Below, in pieces: positions 49,541 through 61,591 of a stretch of 64,000 bases of DNA. The stretch spans positions 310,001 through 374,000 of the forward strand of contig JAYWIR010000001.1 in NCBI GenBank assembly GCA_036172245.1, read 5' to 3'. Origin of the DNA: Raillietiella orientalis (taxonomy: Eukaryota). A model generated the notes under the pieces. That model searched no databases. It saw nothing but the letters and a program-made list of their open reading frames with translations, and was not told where the DNA came from. The position numbers and the translations under genes were made by a program. Positions within the stretch are counted from its first letter, which is position 1; the number at the start of each line of letters is the position of its first letter.

Positions 49541-51721
49541 CTGACATATTGATTTATTTAAGTCAAGCAATTGATGAATACACTTAAACGGGAATGTTAA
49601 CAACTATTTTGCATGAAAAAAAAAAAAAAAGAAAGAAAAAAGCATCCAGACTTTAATAGAATACTCAAATGTGGAAGGAGCTATTAAAGGTAATCTACAT
49701 TGCAGTAAATGGGATTCGTTATGCACCTCCACGCTCTGAAAGTCAAGTTACATTAGTATTTTGCAGATCATTACCGATCGAATCTTTCGTTCGATCAAAG
49801 CTCTGTGGATGCTGCGCCATTCCATCTACTAGATGACACTGTTCCGACGAAAGCTGAGAATCGAGATTTCCAGTAATAGTGGACATCCCCCTTCTGGGTT
49901 TAATGGCAAACTACTCCAAAGCTATCACCTTAGTGATTTCGAGTTTCAGTAAATTCGACAAGAAACACATGACTCTCTAAAAATCGTGCAGTAAATTGCA
50001 AATTTGGATACACTGAAAACGACGAGAAATTTTCAATCTCGGAACGCATCAGATTTAACAGCAGTACCAAAAAGGAAAAGCAAGAGAGGGACCTGTGCTT
50101 AAGAAAATGCACCTTAACGCTTAAAAAAGCAGTCTGAGACTCCTTCAAGAAGACCGGGTACACTCCCAACAAAGGAAGGCACACACTTCGGCTGTACATA
50201 CACTACAGAAACAACCACCAGCAATTTCAAACTCTAGTAAAGGTAGACTGCTCTAGTAAAGGAGGATATCCATAAAAGTCATTCCATGAAAATGCAGCAG
50301 CAGAACCTCGTAGCAAAGAACAGAGGACAGGGGGCTTCGTCCTACATGGAGATCACGTTGACTTATGTAGCAGCCCGTGATGCATGACGTACGTGAGCCT
50401 GAGAAAGATGCAAATGTAATATTATTATCCAGAGCACTGTCTAATTACAAGATTCCTTTTCCTACGAGGATGGTCAGGGTGTTGAGCTGTAGAGAACAAA
50501 TCGCTGAAAGTGGCAACATACAGAAAATAAAAAAGTGCCAATGAAGCTCAAATGCTTTCAAGGAAACTCACCTTTGGTTATGGGTGGGTGTGAACAACAC
50601 TGAAACAAAGAGGGTGATCCTACGATAACCGAAGTGCTCCTAGTGACCCTATCATAACCCTACAAGGTACCACATCATAAAAGGGAAGTAACACCAAGCG
50701 GTGCCATTCACGAATACGAGTGAGAAGGGACACTTTAACAAAAGTGTTACCAGAATTCTAAACACAATCAAACTACATGCAAATCATCCGCACACACACA
50801 CAAATCGGTGATCATCAACTGATCGGAAAACTCGAGCAATATTTCCGTGTTCTCCTGATATCAAAGTTTCACAGATTTCACGCTACCGGACAGGTTTCAC
50901 ATTTATGTACGAGAACACTGCTTTATTGATGCCGACATTGTTTGTGAAAATATGTTTCCAACTTCCTGTTTACTCAGTGGATTCTCCGTAAATTTCAAAG
51001 TTCGGAGAGAAAAGCACAATCGGGGAGAAAAGCACAAAACTCCCTAACCTTCTTCCTCCATTGCTCGGTGGAAGTTGGGTGGGTGTAGTACACGGTTACA
51101 CAACGAGGATGTCGAATTCATGAGAACAGAATCCGACTGTCTTTATTAACCAAATGAACATGAACTGCGTCATTTGCAGTGCATTAAACGTGCAGACTAA
51201 AATGTAGTCTCGTCTGTGTTTGCTTGCTACTTTAACGGTTAACATTTTATACTCCTGAAGTATGCGAACTACATGTTACACATTCCACATTATGTACGCA
51301 ACTTACAATCTTAAATAATATGGGAATTTATGGAAATAAACTATTCATAAATATGCGTACTTCAGTTATTCGCAAAAGCAGATACGCTAAAAATGTTACG
51401 TACATTAAACAGTCATAAAATAACCAAGCAAATTGCATAATGTGAAAAAATGGAAAAAATTTCTAATGAGTATATTCCATTATACAAACTTACTCATGTT
51501 AGGACTTTTATCGATGTTGAAATCGTTTTATTACTTTCGATTCTTATTTCTGCACGAGTCCGCAAAATATAGCTAAATCACATGAAATGGCAAACGTTGA
51601 GTCCTCTACAAATGTCGTGGTATGGCATTAGAAATGCAATTCATATATGTAATTTGCAAGTGATGATTTTTTATGATAATTTCCATTAACAGTTCACAGG
51701 AGCAATCCCACGAAAACTCAC

Positions 51722-51872
51722 CAAGGGGATCGATCCAAATGGCCAAATCTGAGTAGTCCAATGTTAACTTATCAGTGGCAACACTGATACTATCCAGATC
51801 CATTTTGTGGTGAAGTGGATGATAGATGATTTTTGCCAACATCTCTGCAGCTTTATGATTTTCAAGGAATAC
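51722..51872 (-). CDS. INPP1: INPP1 exon 3
   Basis: tttcag acceptor, GTGAGT donor. Encodes VFLENHKAAEMLAKIIYH...LAIWIDPL(D). Confidence 0.93.
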
Positions 51873-54800
51873 CTGAAAAGAAATACGAAAGATTCATCTT
51901 CATGCGACAGCGTGCATATGGTTCACGTTTTTCAGTTGTGCTCCTACTGTTTTTAAAAAATCCAGAGCAAGGGAACAGTTACTTCGAAGAATATGCAAAA
52001 ACAAAACAAGGAAAACAGTTTAGGCTTCTGGTAAGTTATTGACGACTAGTGGTCAAGTTAATCAGTCAAATTCTACTCATACATAACCACCACAAGTTTG
52101 TTATTAACAACTTGCACATCTGTTAGAACAAAGGTGGGACAGATGTTCACTGGAATTACTGCGAAGTAATTCATAACATGATGTAATGTTTCATAACATC
52201 ACATCCAATTATTACTCTATGAATACGGTAATTCAAGTATTTTTGGCAAAATACCTAAAACAAATTTCTCTACGAGCTTGTAATTTCCTCTAATTTCACA
52301 ATCATAAAGAGGGCAGGTACATCTATGAATCACAAAATTTTTTCTAAAAATACTTTAGTTACGAAAGATGTACTATTGTACCTCCATGTCGCTATTTATT
52401 TGTTCCATTCAAATAGCTGTGACATTGAGTAGCATTAATCAATTAATAAAATTTCCCAATTCCATACACAAAAAGTGAAACAAAACTAATTCAATGCATC
52501 ATTCAATACTACTCGATTGTCTCTCTGCATGCTTCCCTAGAATGAAGGGGCAGACCTATGGAGTTTTTACATCCGTGTTCAGTGTATACCATTTGTGACT
52601 TTATAAAGGAAAGTCATACAAAATTGCAACTCAATAACAGAAAGAAACACAAACAAGGCGAAAACATCTTTAAGTAATTTGAGATGAGCAAAATCAACTG
52701 ACGTTTTGTGTGAGAGAAAGAAAAAGTGCCTGACAAATCTCAACTGAAGAAGCAAGAATCGCTGAAAATATATAACTGCCCCAGATGTTTAACTCTGTGA
52801 TCACACAGAAGTGATCACAATAGGCACAAGAGTATTACATGACTATAAGCACACAAATTTAATCAACATTAGAAGTTCCACAAATCAAAAACCAGTAAGT
52901 CATGCTTAGAATTCTTATTTCCCCAGAAAGTTGAATTATCACATTCAATTTACTGTAATTCCCAAAGCTTGAAACTTAAATACACTTATTACAAAAATGA
53001 CGTTTTTGTTTTTAATTTAGAAAATGGAACTTTGGATTTGTGGCATATTTTTCCTTTGCTGAAAGGAAGACCAGTCTATTCTCATAATCTACACATCATT
53101 TCTGAACAGTCTGAACCATGGTGAGTTTATCACAATATTATCCAGGTTGCAACTGACCACATGCATTGCCAGTTAGGCTTGAAAGAATCCAAACCAGTGT
53201 TTTTTAAAACAATTTTAGTTTACTACGCTTTATTTTTACCTTGGTAAATGCATTATTGATTTTTACATAACAATACCATTTTAAATGTTTTAAAGACATA
53301 ATTAGACATATTTTTTGGCCCATTCATTTTGAAGATTCCAAATTCTTATATAAAAAAATGTAATTTTGCTCTTGATGTTTGATATGATTTCTTTTTCATC
53401 TTTTGCATGTTTTTAAAGTTTTAAAAAATAAGTTCAAAATTCTGTTTCTCATGTTTAACCTCCTTTGAACAATATTGGACTGATCAAGCATTTATTTTTA
53501 TTCTGTACACAAAAGGAGAAAAAAACAAAACAAAAACAAATACAGATCCTAAAGTCACGTAAAATCAACATAATTACGAGTAATGAGCATTACATTTTCT
53601 AGGAAACATGTACAGCATGTGCATAGTAAAAAATTTTGAAGTTAATTTGAGATTTCTGTGATTAAATGTTTTAACAGAAGGAATGGGATACATTCATTAA
53701 ATAAACATAAGAAAAATTAACAAAAAGGAAAAACTTCAGTTTTGAAAAATTTTCGGGTTTGAGAATGCTACAGGTTAGGGAATACTCAAACTATGTTAAA
53801 GTATTTACTTGAATGAAAAGAATTTCAACTAAAAAGTAAAGCTTTACAACAAAAGTTTACCTAGCAACTAAACTGCTGTTGGTTTTCAAATAAAAGTTAA
53901 ACATCGAAGCATCAGCATGTTGATCTCAAATATAAGCTTGTAGCTACAGTGGAAGAACATTGGAAACTTATGAACTTAGATTCAATATGCATGCAGCCTT
54001 AAAACCACTCAGCAAAATAAACCCATGTTTTGGGTTTATTTCACTGCAGTATAGATTCCTTGTTCTCCATTATCAGTTACATATGAAATTTAATTTGGTA
54101 TGCCTGCAAGTATACCTTTACTAACTGCAAACCATGTTGCTCTGACATCCATGAAATGCCACTTTCAATACAAATACTACTTTGTAACTTTGATACCAAA
54201 TGTATTACCAACAGAAAAGTTTCAAACCAATCAGAGTGATGCTAGTTTTTTGGGATAATTAAGGAAATGGAGATGCACTTTTAAAATTGCGGTGAGGTTC
54301 ATGGGAGTCTGGCCCTTTAGGTTCTGGGATATGGTTCTTAAGGATTACTATATGTGGATAAGAGTCATATAGGTCTTACCTAGGCCAGAGGTTAATGAGG
54401 CTGGTTGCTGATATGGTACGGATATTGGAAGGGCAGGTGGAAAGGGGGTACAGGGTTCTCATGAAGGTCATAAAGTGCTAGTAATGCTAGGATGTTTCAC
54501 ATCTGTAGATTTTGATTTTAGAGTGTGAATACTTGTTTTCTAGTGGACACTTTACTGATACAAGGTCAGGTAAGGAAGGGTATGAGGTGCAATTTCATAT
54601 GGACTTGACACAGTGAACAATGGCAGTGGTATAATAACTAAATCAAAGAAATCATGAAAGATAACCACACTCTTTTAATGTATGTTATGTCAGCATACCT
54701 GGAAAAAATACAAAAGTAAATGCCTCTTTAGTCTTCATGAAATCATTTACAATGATTGTTGCTTAATTGCCTGAAGTTTAGACTACTATGCATGACTACT

Positions 54801-56468
54801 ATTCATTGTAATGCTGAGAAACCAGATTGTACGCTGTTCCATGTCTGATGAGCTACTGATTCAAAAATGCATGAGGTTCAAGTATCAAGATTTTCAAATG
54901 TTAGTACACTCAACATAATTTCCATATGACACGTATATGAAATTGATAAAACAAACAAAGTACAAAAGAAACACTATAAGTACACTGAATAGTTGAAATT
55001 ATGCTTGTTTATTCATTGATCTCAAGGAGTATCATGGGATTTTGAATACTGCTAGCAATACACAGTCATATTCTCATCTATTTTCTGTTTGGTGCAGCAA
55101 ATAGATGAGAACGTAAGAAATAAAATTATACTGCATAAAAAAAATACAAAAACATTAAGAAAAAAAAATAAAGGAATATTAAAAAAAGCAAGCATCACTG
55201 ATTGTGAAAGGCAAGTCAAGGAAACCAAAACACATTTACTGTATGAGTTGTGTGGTGCAAAATCTTTAAGAATATTTTAAGCTTTTTGCGTAATGTGATC
55301 AAACAAATAATCAATTTAAATGTATTATACCTTAGGATCATACCAATAATCAGCAATTAAGTGAACCTATCTGCACATGTTTCAGAAAACAACACAATAA
55401 CAAAAAAAAGGGAAAGGAGAAAAATGGTCCGAATGCTAAAAAAAAATAAACAAATACAGAGTCAATGTGCTTTAAATCAATGTAATCAAATTAAAAAATC
55501 TTGTCGGATATAAAAATAAAATATTCTTTAGCAGATTCAAGTATTAGATTAAAAAGATATTCCACAAAAGAGATGCTATGATGAAAATTGGGGTATAGTT
55601 TAATAGTAATTCTACAGCTTTGACAGGTTCTGTATATATTCTGATTTGAGTCTCTCCTTTTAATAAACTTCGAAATTGTTTTGAGGAAATTTCAAAATTG
55701 CTACTGTTAATGCTATTTGAATTTGTAATAACTACAGTCTCCAATAATACGACTTTTGAAACATGCAACACCTGAAATAGTGGAATCTAATAAATGCATT
55801 CCACTTCATCTGAAATACGAGAGATTGAAAACAAACACTTGAAACCAAACACTTCCGAGGAAAATCAAAATAAAATGACTTGGCAAAATCTATATGTGCA
55901 CCATATTAGAATTTTAAAACCTTCAATGCTTTTAAAGGTAGAAATCTGCTTAAGGAAAGGCACCATTTAAATGCAAAAATAAATTATCTGCTAAAATAAT
56001 TATCAAAAAATTTTCATTCACATATGTGCATGTATGTGTTTATATTTCCATTTTTAGAATTATGATAGACCTAACATGCAATGGTGTAAATTGGTAGCCT
56101 GTCTTAATGCATATACAAGAATGTATTTCCTCTTTGTATTTTATGATCTCCCATCCCAGACCATAAATAAATATCAGAATCATGTCATTTTAATTTATCA
56201 TAAATCCTACATGAACTGCATAAGCACAAATTCCGGGATCATTGTAATCAACACAAGTGAGCAGTGCAACAGGAACTGACTGATATTTTCTCTAAATATT
56301 TTTACTGCATCTTCTTTATGCTGATTCACATTAAAACTTTTAGAAATTCTTCACTATTTTCAAATAATAGGCCATGCATTTATAAATATTGAATGCCGAT
56401 TAAAATAAAAATAAAATTGGTATTTGTTCATGCTATACAATTAATATTAACAAACAGTAACATTATAC

Positions 56469-56588
56469 CTGCTTTAAGAGTGCTGATGTATCTTCTTGAG
56501 AATTTACATTTACAGTCAGTGTTTCCCCAGTATGCATCTTGAAATTTTTGTTCTCTTCACCATAAATGAAATCTTTCATTTCTGGAAA
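56469..56588 (-). CDS. INPP1: INPP1 exon 2
   Basis: Follows a 50-bp intron. Encodes FPEMKDFIYGEENKNF...EDTSALLKQ (metal-binding GEE motif). Confidence 0.93.
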
Positions 56589-56638
56589 CTGCAGTGAATA
56601 AAACATAACTCTTACAAAAATAGGGTAAATCCACTAAC

Positions 56639-56839
56639 TGAATCTGCAACTTCTTTATGAATGATCTCTTGAATAAATACATCGGCTAAAGTTTTGAAGT
56701 CATGCTTGAAACGTGCATTTTTTTCTCCTATTCCTTTTTCCTGAATGAGTAATTGAAATGACTTCTCTGATTTAAAAACTCGAGCTAGCTCTGCTGCTTT
56801 TTCAGAGGCATTCACCAACGTTTGCAACAGTTGCAGCAT
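56639..56839 (-). CDS. INPP1: Inositol polyphosphate 1-phosphatase exon 1
   Basis: Encodes MLQLLQTLVNASEKAAELAR...LLIQEK...KNARFKHDFKTLADVFIQEII (SEKAA and DFKTLAD motifs). GTTAGT donor. Confidence 0.94.
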
Positions 56840-59039
56840 GATTTATTAATATAATTATTGGTATAACTAATAACAAATATGAATTTTTATGTTAATGTTT
56901 GGAATTACAATAACAGTCTTTTTGACAGACACATAAATTAATCACAATTGTCTCATATTATGTGTAAAAAGTTGCATTTAAAAAGCTGGTCCTTAAAAGT
57001 CATTCATTCAAAGGATTACCCCACACTTCTTTATGCAAATGAGATTAGAACCAGAAAATGAGAAATAAAAGTTCTGCACTTTCGCAAATCTATGCTAAAT
57101 AATGGTGAGACCTAAACTGACTTGCTGACATTTATGTTAATCTGGCTTTATATTACTATAGCTTTTACTGCCTTCTCTATTCATTTTGGCAAATCGAATT
57201 TTGTTCACATGGGCAATTTTCCATTTGCTATTTCAACTTCAGAAATATGAGCCCCTTTGAATCACATTAAAAAATCATTTTGCTTAGCATCTCTCAAACT
57301 TATCATAATGCTCTGTATCATCATGTGTACTAAATAAAAAGATACGTGTACTTATTTCGAAAAATCTGCTGAATTTTGTTTTAAGTAAATCCACAGAATA
57401 AGATGAATTAACAAGTTACCCATGAAAACAATCCTGATATTTTTTAACTAAAACTCATCATCCCCAAAGTTGGCATGATATGTATTTTATTCTATGCTGG
57501 AATTGGTTAAATGAAGTTCTTTCGAAGCACAGTAAATTTATTAAAAAGAAAATATGTTTGTCAACCACATCATTTACTCATTTTAATTGGATTCTTCCTG
57601 GTGTTCCCTCATGGTTTCAAATACTTGGTTTTACATATACATTATTACTACAATTCACTGAACGATGTCAATTCCCCGTGTAAATTTTCTGAAAGATACA
57701 CTCTGGAACACAACAGTAACATCAAATCTAATTCGACATTGTATAGCCTATATTTTTGCAAACAGCTAAAAGGTGCGATAGTAGTTACTTTAAAAAAGGA
57801 GATGACAAATATTAAATAAAAAATGGTTTCCCGTTCTTCGTCATCAACATTATGATCATGATGGACTTTAATAGCCGACACGTACACTGCATTTCAAAAT
57901 TATCACGAAAAAATAAACCCAAAATGTTGCCAAACTATTTATTAACTTCGTAGCATTTTTTGTTTACATAATCTCAATGCTCTTAGCGCCACACAAACAA
58001 CTGATTATAAATGTCAATTAATTCAGTAGCCATATCTCAATTTAATGCACCTTATTGGATGCTTTTTATGTTTGCATTAGGAATTTAACGTTAACATAGT
58101 TTACACATCAGTAAAAAAAACCTTTAATAAACACTAAAAGTAACACCACAACTATAAGCAAGTTGCCAACTCATGTGAACAGACAAAGGAGTGAGCTACA
58201 CTCATAGATTTTATGCAAATTAACGTCACTTTGATAGAAAACTTCAGGTAAAGACCTCATTTCATCAACGTTGCATAATCAAGGAACTAACCTAAAATTA
58301 CACGCAAATTCTACATGGAATAATCAGCGTTCCCACATGCACGCAATTGTTTTAAACTATCTTTCAGTTTCCTCAGAAGAGAGATCTTTTGTGAAATCAA
58401 AGAAACTAAGAGAAACAATGAGGTGACTCAATAAACGACTAATGTTTGCATCAGTTAGTCTCCTATATGCAGCCATCGGGTGTGCTTTCGTCACTTTTAA
58501 TAAAGCAAATTAAACCTATTTACTAGAAACTTGACTTCGATTCTAGTGGTTTATTATTCTAGATTTGAAGGAACAAAAACTAATACTGTTTACACTCCTC
58601 TACTTTGAGTTTGGCTAGGAATCTTGTGAATGATGTATTAGAAAGCCTATGAAGGTTCACATCTTTATGTTAGAAAACTAAATTTCAGAATCGAAGTTGC
58701 AAAAATGATCTTAAACTCTTTTTAAACGAATGCGAATGCTTTGTATCAACTGAACATCAATATAAAACACGACTGCTATAGCTCTGTCACTGCTTTACTC
58801 CGACATTGTTTTTACAATGACGTTTACAGTCGAAGGCAAAAAAAGAGCTTCGATAAAAAAGATAGCAAAGTTTACTTACATGGTTGCGAACATTCCTGGT
58901 CAGGAACAGCTGACAACTGTCCCAGAGATTTCATACTTTTAGCTATCTGTAGCAGCAAACGGACATAAATGGATACAGTTCCAATATGGACCGGAAAGAA
59001 ACCAAGGGTCAAAATGGGATGCTTGCTTTACCTGCGACT

Positions 59040-59690
59040 GGAAGGGGAGAAAAGGGAAGTGGAGCTGCGAGATAGAAAAACACTTAGAAGAAGAAGAAAA
59101 CTAGAGTGGAAAAGGTTGTAAGTGATGAGGAAGCGGAGAAAGAGAGAACTAAGAGGAGGATGAAGGGTAAGGGAAAAAAAGGGAAGCTCATGGAGGAGCG
59201 AACAAAAATAGGAAAGCAGGACTGAGGCTGGTTTATGAGATGGAGTTGGAGTAGAGAAAAAGGAGGGAGAAGGGAGGAGGAAAAAGAAAAGGTGAGAAGA
59301 CAGAAGCAGGAGCAGGGATGAGAGGGGGATACAGAGACAAGGAATGATGATTATATGGAGAAAAGGAAGTGATAGATAGAAAGGAGGAGGAAAAGGAGAG
59401 GAACAAAACGGAAGGAGAGAAGGGAAAGGGACAGGAAGGGAAGAAGAAGAGGAGGTGGAGGAGAAGGAAAAGGAGAAAAGTGAAAGAAGACGATGCCTCT
59501 TGAGATTCCGAGTGTCTAAATGTTACTGTTTTCTTCCCCTCTTTCCTTCGCAGGGTGAGGGTCGTTCGGCTGCGTCGAAGAAGAGATGAGAAGGGAGAGA
59601 ACAGAGGTTCAAGGTAGAGAAAAATGAAAAAAAAGGAAAGGCAAACGGAGAGCAGATAGGGGAGTTTGAGGGAAAACGAAGCTGGAAACA
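59040..59690 (+). repeat. Purine-rich (GA) low-complexity tract
   Basis: About 650 bp of mostly G/A on + strand, with a short pyrimidine interruption near 59520-59550. Confidence 0.8.
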
Positions 59691-60258
59691 ATGTAATTGT
59701 GGAATTTTCTACATTTATCTCTATAAACTTCCAAATGTTAAGCTCTGCACACTATGGATTTCAAGTGCGGTTTAATGGATTGCACTTGATGATGCTGTTT
59801 CAGTTGTAAAATTACAGCTCACCTCGCCACGTGAGAGGGGGAAACGAGAGGGAAGAGCAAGATGACGTCACTATTTAGTGGACCAAGAAGTCTACTCTTT
59901 CCACTGCCTGCATCCTGTGCAGACAGTTCCAGTGCAATCTAGACGGGATCAAAGGGCCACAGACCTGAACCCTCCCGAGGAAGACCATCCACGTCACGAG
60001 GGAATCCCGACCACAACCACCGACAGGTGTCCACAGAAGCGGCATTCAAATTTCAAAGTCAAGGATGAACCAAAATACAAAAGTAGTGGAATGAAACGAA
60101 GAGAAATCTTCACAGCTGATCCACAAACTGCAACCATAACAACAATGCAACCATTTAGAAATTCAATCAAACAAAATTTGAGTAACAACAAAACCAAACA
60201 CAGCATGAACCAGCAAACACAGAAATTTCAATGGCTTGGGAATCAAAAACCAGGAGAC

Positions 60259-60286
60259 ACGCTCCGATCTTAGCCAAAAGACCGAG
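60259..60286 (-). pseudogene. Second, more diverged U2 5' fragment (about nt 8-35)
   Basis: Minus strand reads CTCGGTCTTTTGGCTAAGATCGGAGCGT, with 20/21 identity to U2 nt 8-28. Confidence 0.65.
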
Positions 60287-61554
60287 GTTCCGTTGCAGGT
60301 TCCCTTCGGATGAGAAAGCATGTAACGGACTCCTTTGGAGGTCCCTCCGGAGAGAATAAGGTTGCTAGGTGGACTCATAGAACAAGTAAAGGAGGAGATC
60401 GCGCCGATATTCAGAGTCAGTTTCAGAAAGAAGCAACGGCCATCACCGCTGATCCCGATAGTCCACATTCTTCCTTGATTTATTTTAGTTTTCAGTTTCC
60501 CGAGCACACTCATTTCGGACTTCTCGAGTTTCGGAATGTTGCAGGAAAACTTCCACCCTGCCGGTTGGCTGCTGTCATTTCTTGCCACGAAGGTAGAGAG
60601 CTGCAGGGAGGGGTATGACGGCTATGTGGCACCACTGGTCCAATAATGCAGAAGATCTCCCATCGGTTTGCGAAGGAGACCCTGCAGAGGTGGCAGTTCC
60701 TTTGGGTTCAGTTCCAAAGTAGAAACCCAGTATTCCAGGCTCTTCTGCCATCCGACATTCCAGTCCATGAGGTGGCAGGAGATCCACGGATGGGCTAGCG
60801 GTAACGAAGATGGATGTCTCAAAGGGTAGACGAACTCAGTCCTCCGGCGTAGGTTGCGCGCCAACGGCGAAAAACGTCCTTCGCTGCCAACGTATCGCTG
60901 GGGGGATGGGACGTGCCGGAGCACACCACTGGGAGAACCACAATTTCCCACACAGGGAGATCACTCGGAGATGTACCGTGTCGTGGGAAGAGCTGATCAC
61001 CATCCTTCGTTTCCGCTGGCAAGCAAAAGTTCCGAAGAATTTTCGCCTCCGCTCCGGACATGGAATTCGAGCACCTGCGGTGACCTTCCTTCCGGTCCCA
61101 CTGCACAGCGCTCGCTTTGAAATAGCCTGTACAGAATTCCGAGTGCAAGAGGCGAAGCATTCGGTTCTCCTGGATACAGAATGATGCAGGCGGTCGCCCG
61201 GTACGCCTATCTCCCCAGCCAAAAGACACCAACCGCGTGTTGTTTCCACGCATGCAAGACGGAGAAAAAGGAGACAGGTGCGAGCACCGGATCCATCTTT
61301 ACCCTCTCAAGAATTAGTGAATTGCCCTTCTGCAATTTCAGCATCCTCGAAAAGTCGAGGAATGGAAAAAAACTGAGATCCTGATGAACAGGCACTCAGG
61401 AGGTCGGCATGGCAACTGCCCATTCGAATGGGTGATGATCGCGAGATCATCGTGGGAAGTGTTGGCGATTGCGCTGGTGCAGCACACAAGCCGAGGGAAA
61501 CTTCAGAGTGCGGAGAGGGTGCAAAATGTCGGCTTTTCCTTGCTGATGCTGCTG

Positions 61555-61591
61555 CTACACTTTGATCTTATCCAAAAGGCCGAGAAGCGAT
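61555..61591 (-). pseudogene. 3'-truncated U2 snRNA fragment (nt 1-37)
   Basis: Minus strand reads ATCGCTTCTCGGCCTTTTGGATAAGATCAAAGTGTAG, the metazoan U2 5' end with one mismatch. The rest of U2 is absent. Confidence 0.9.
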
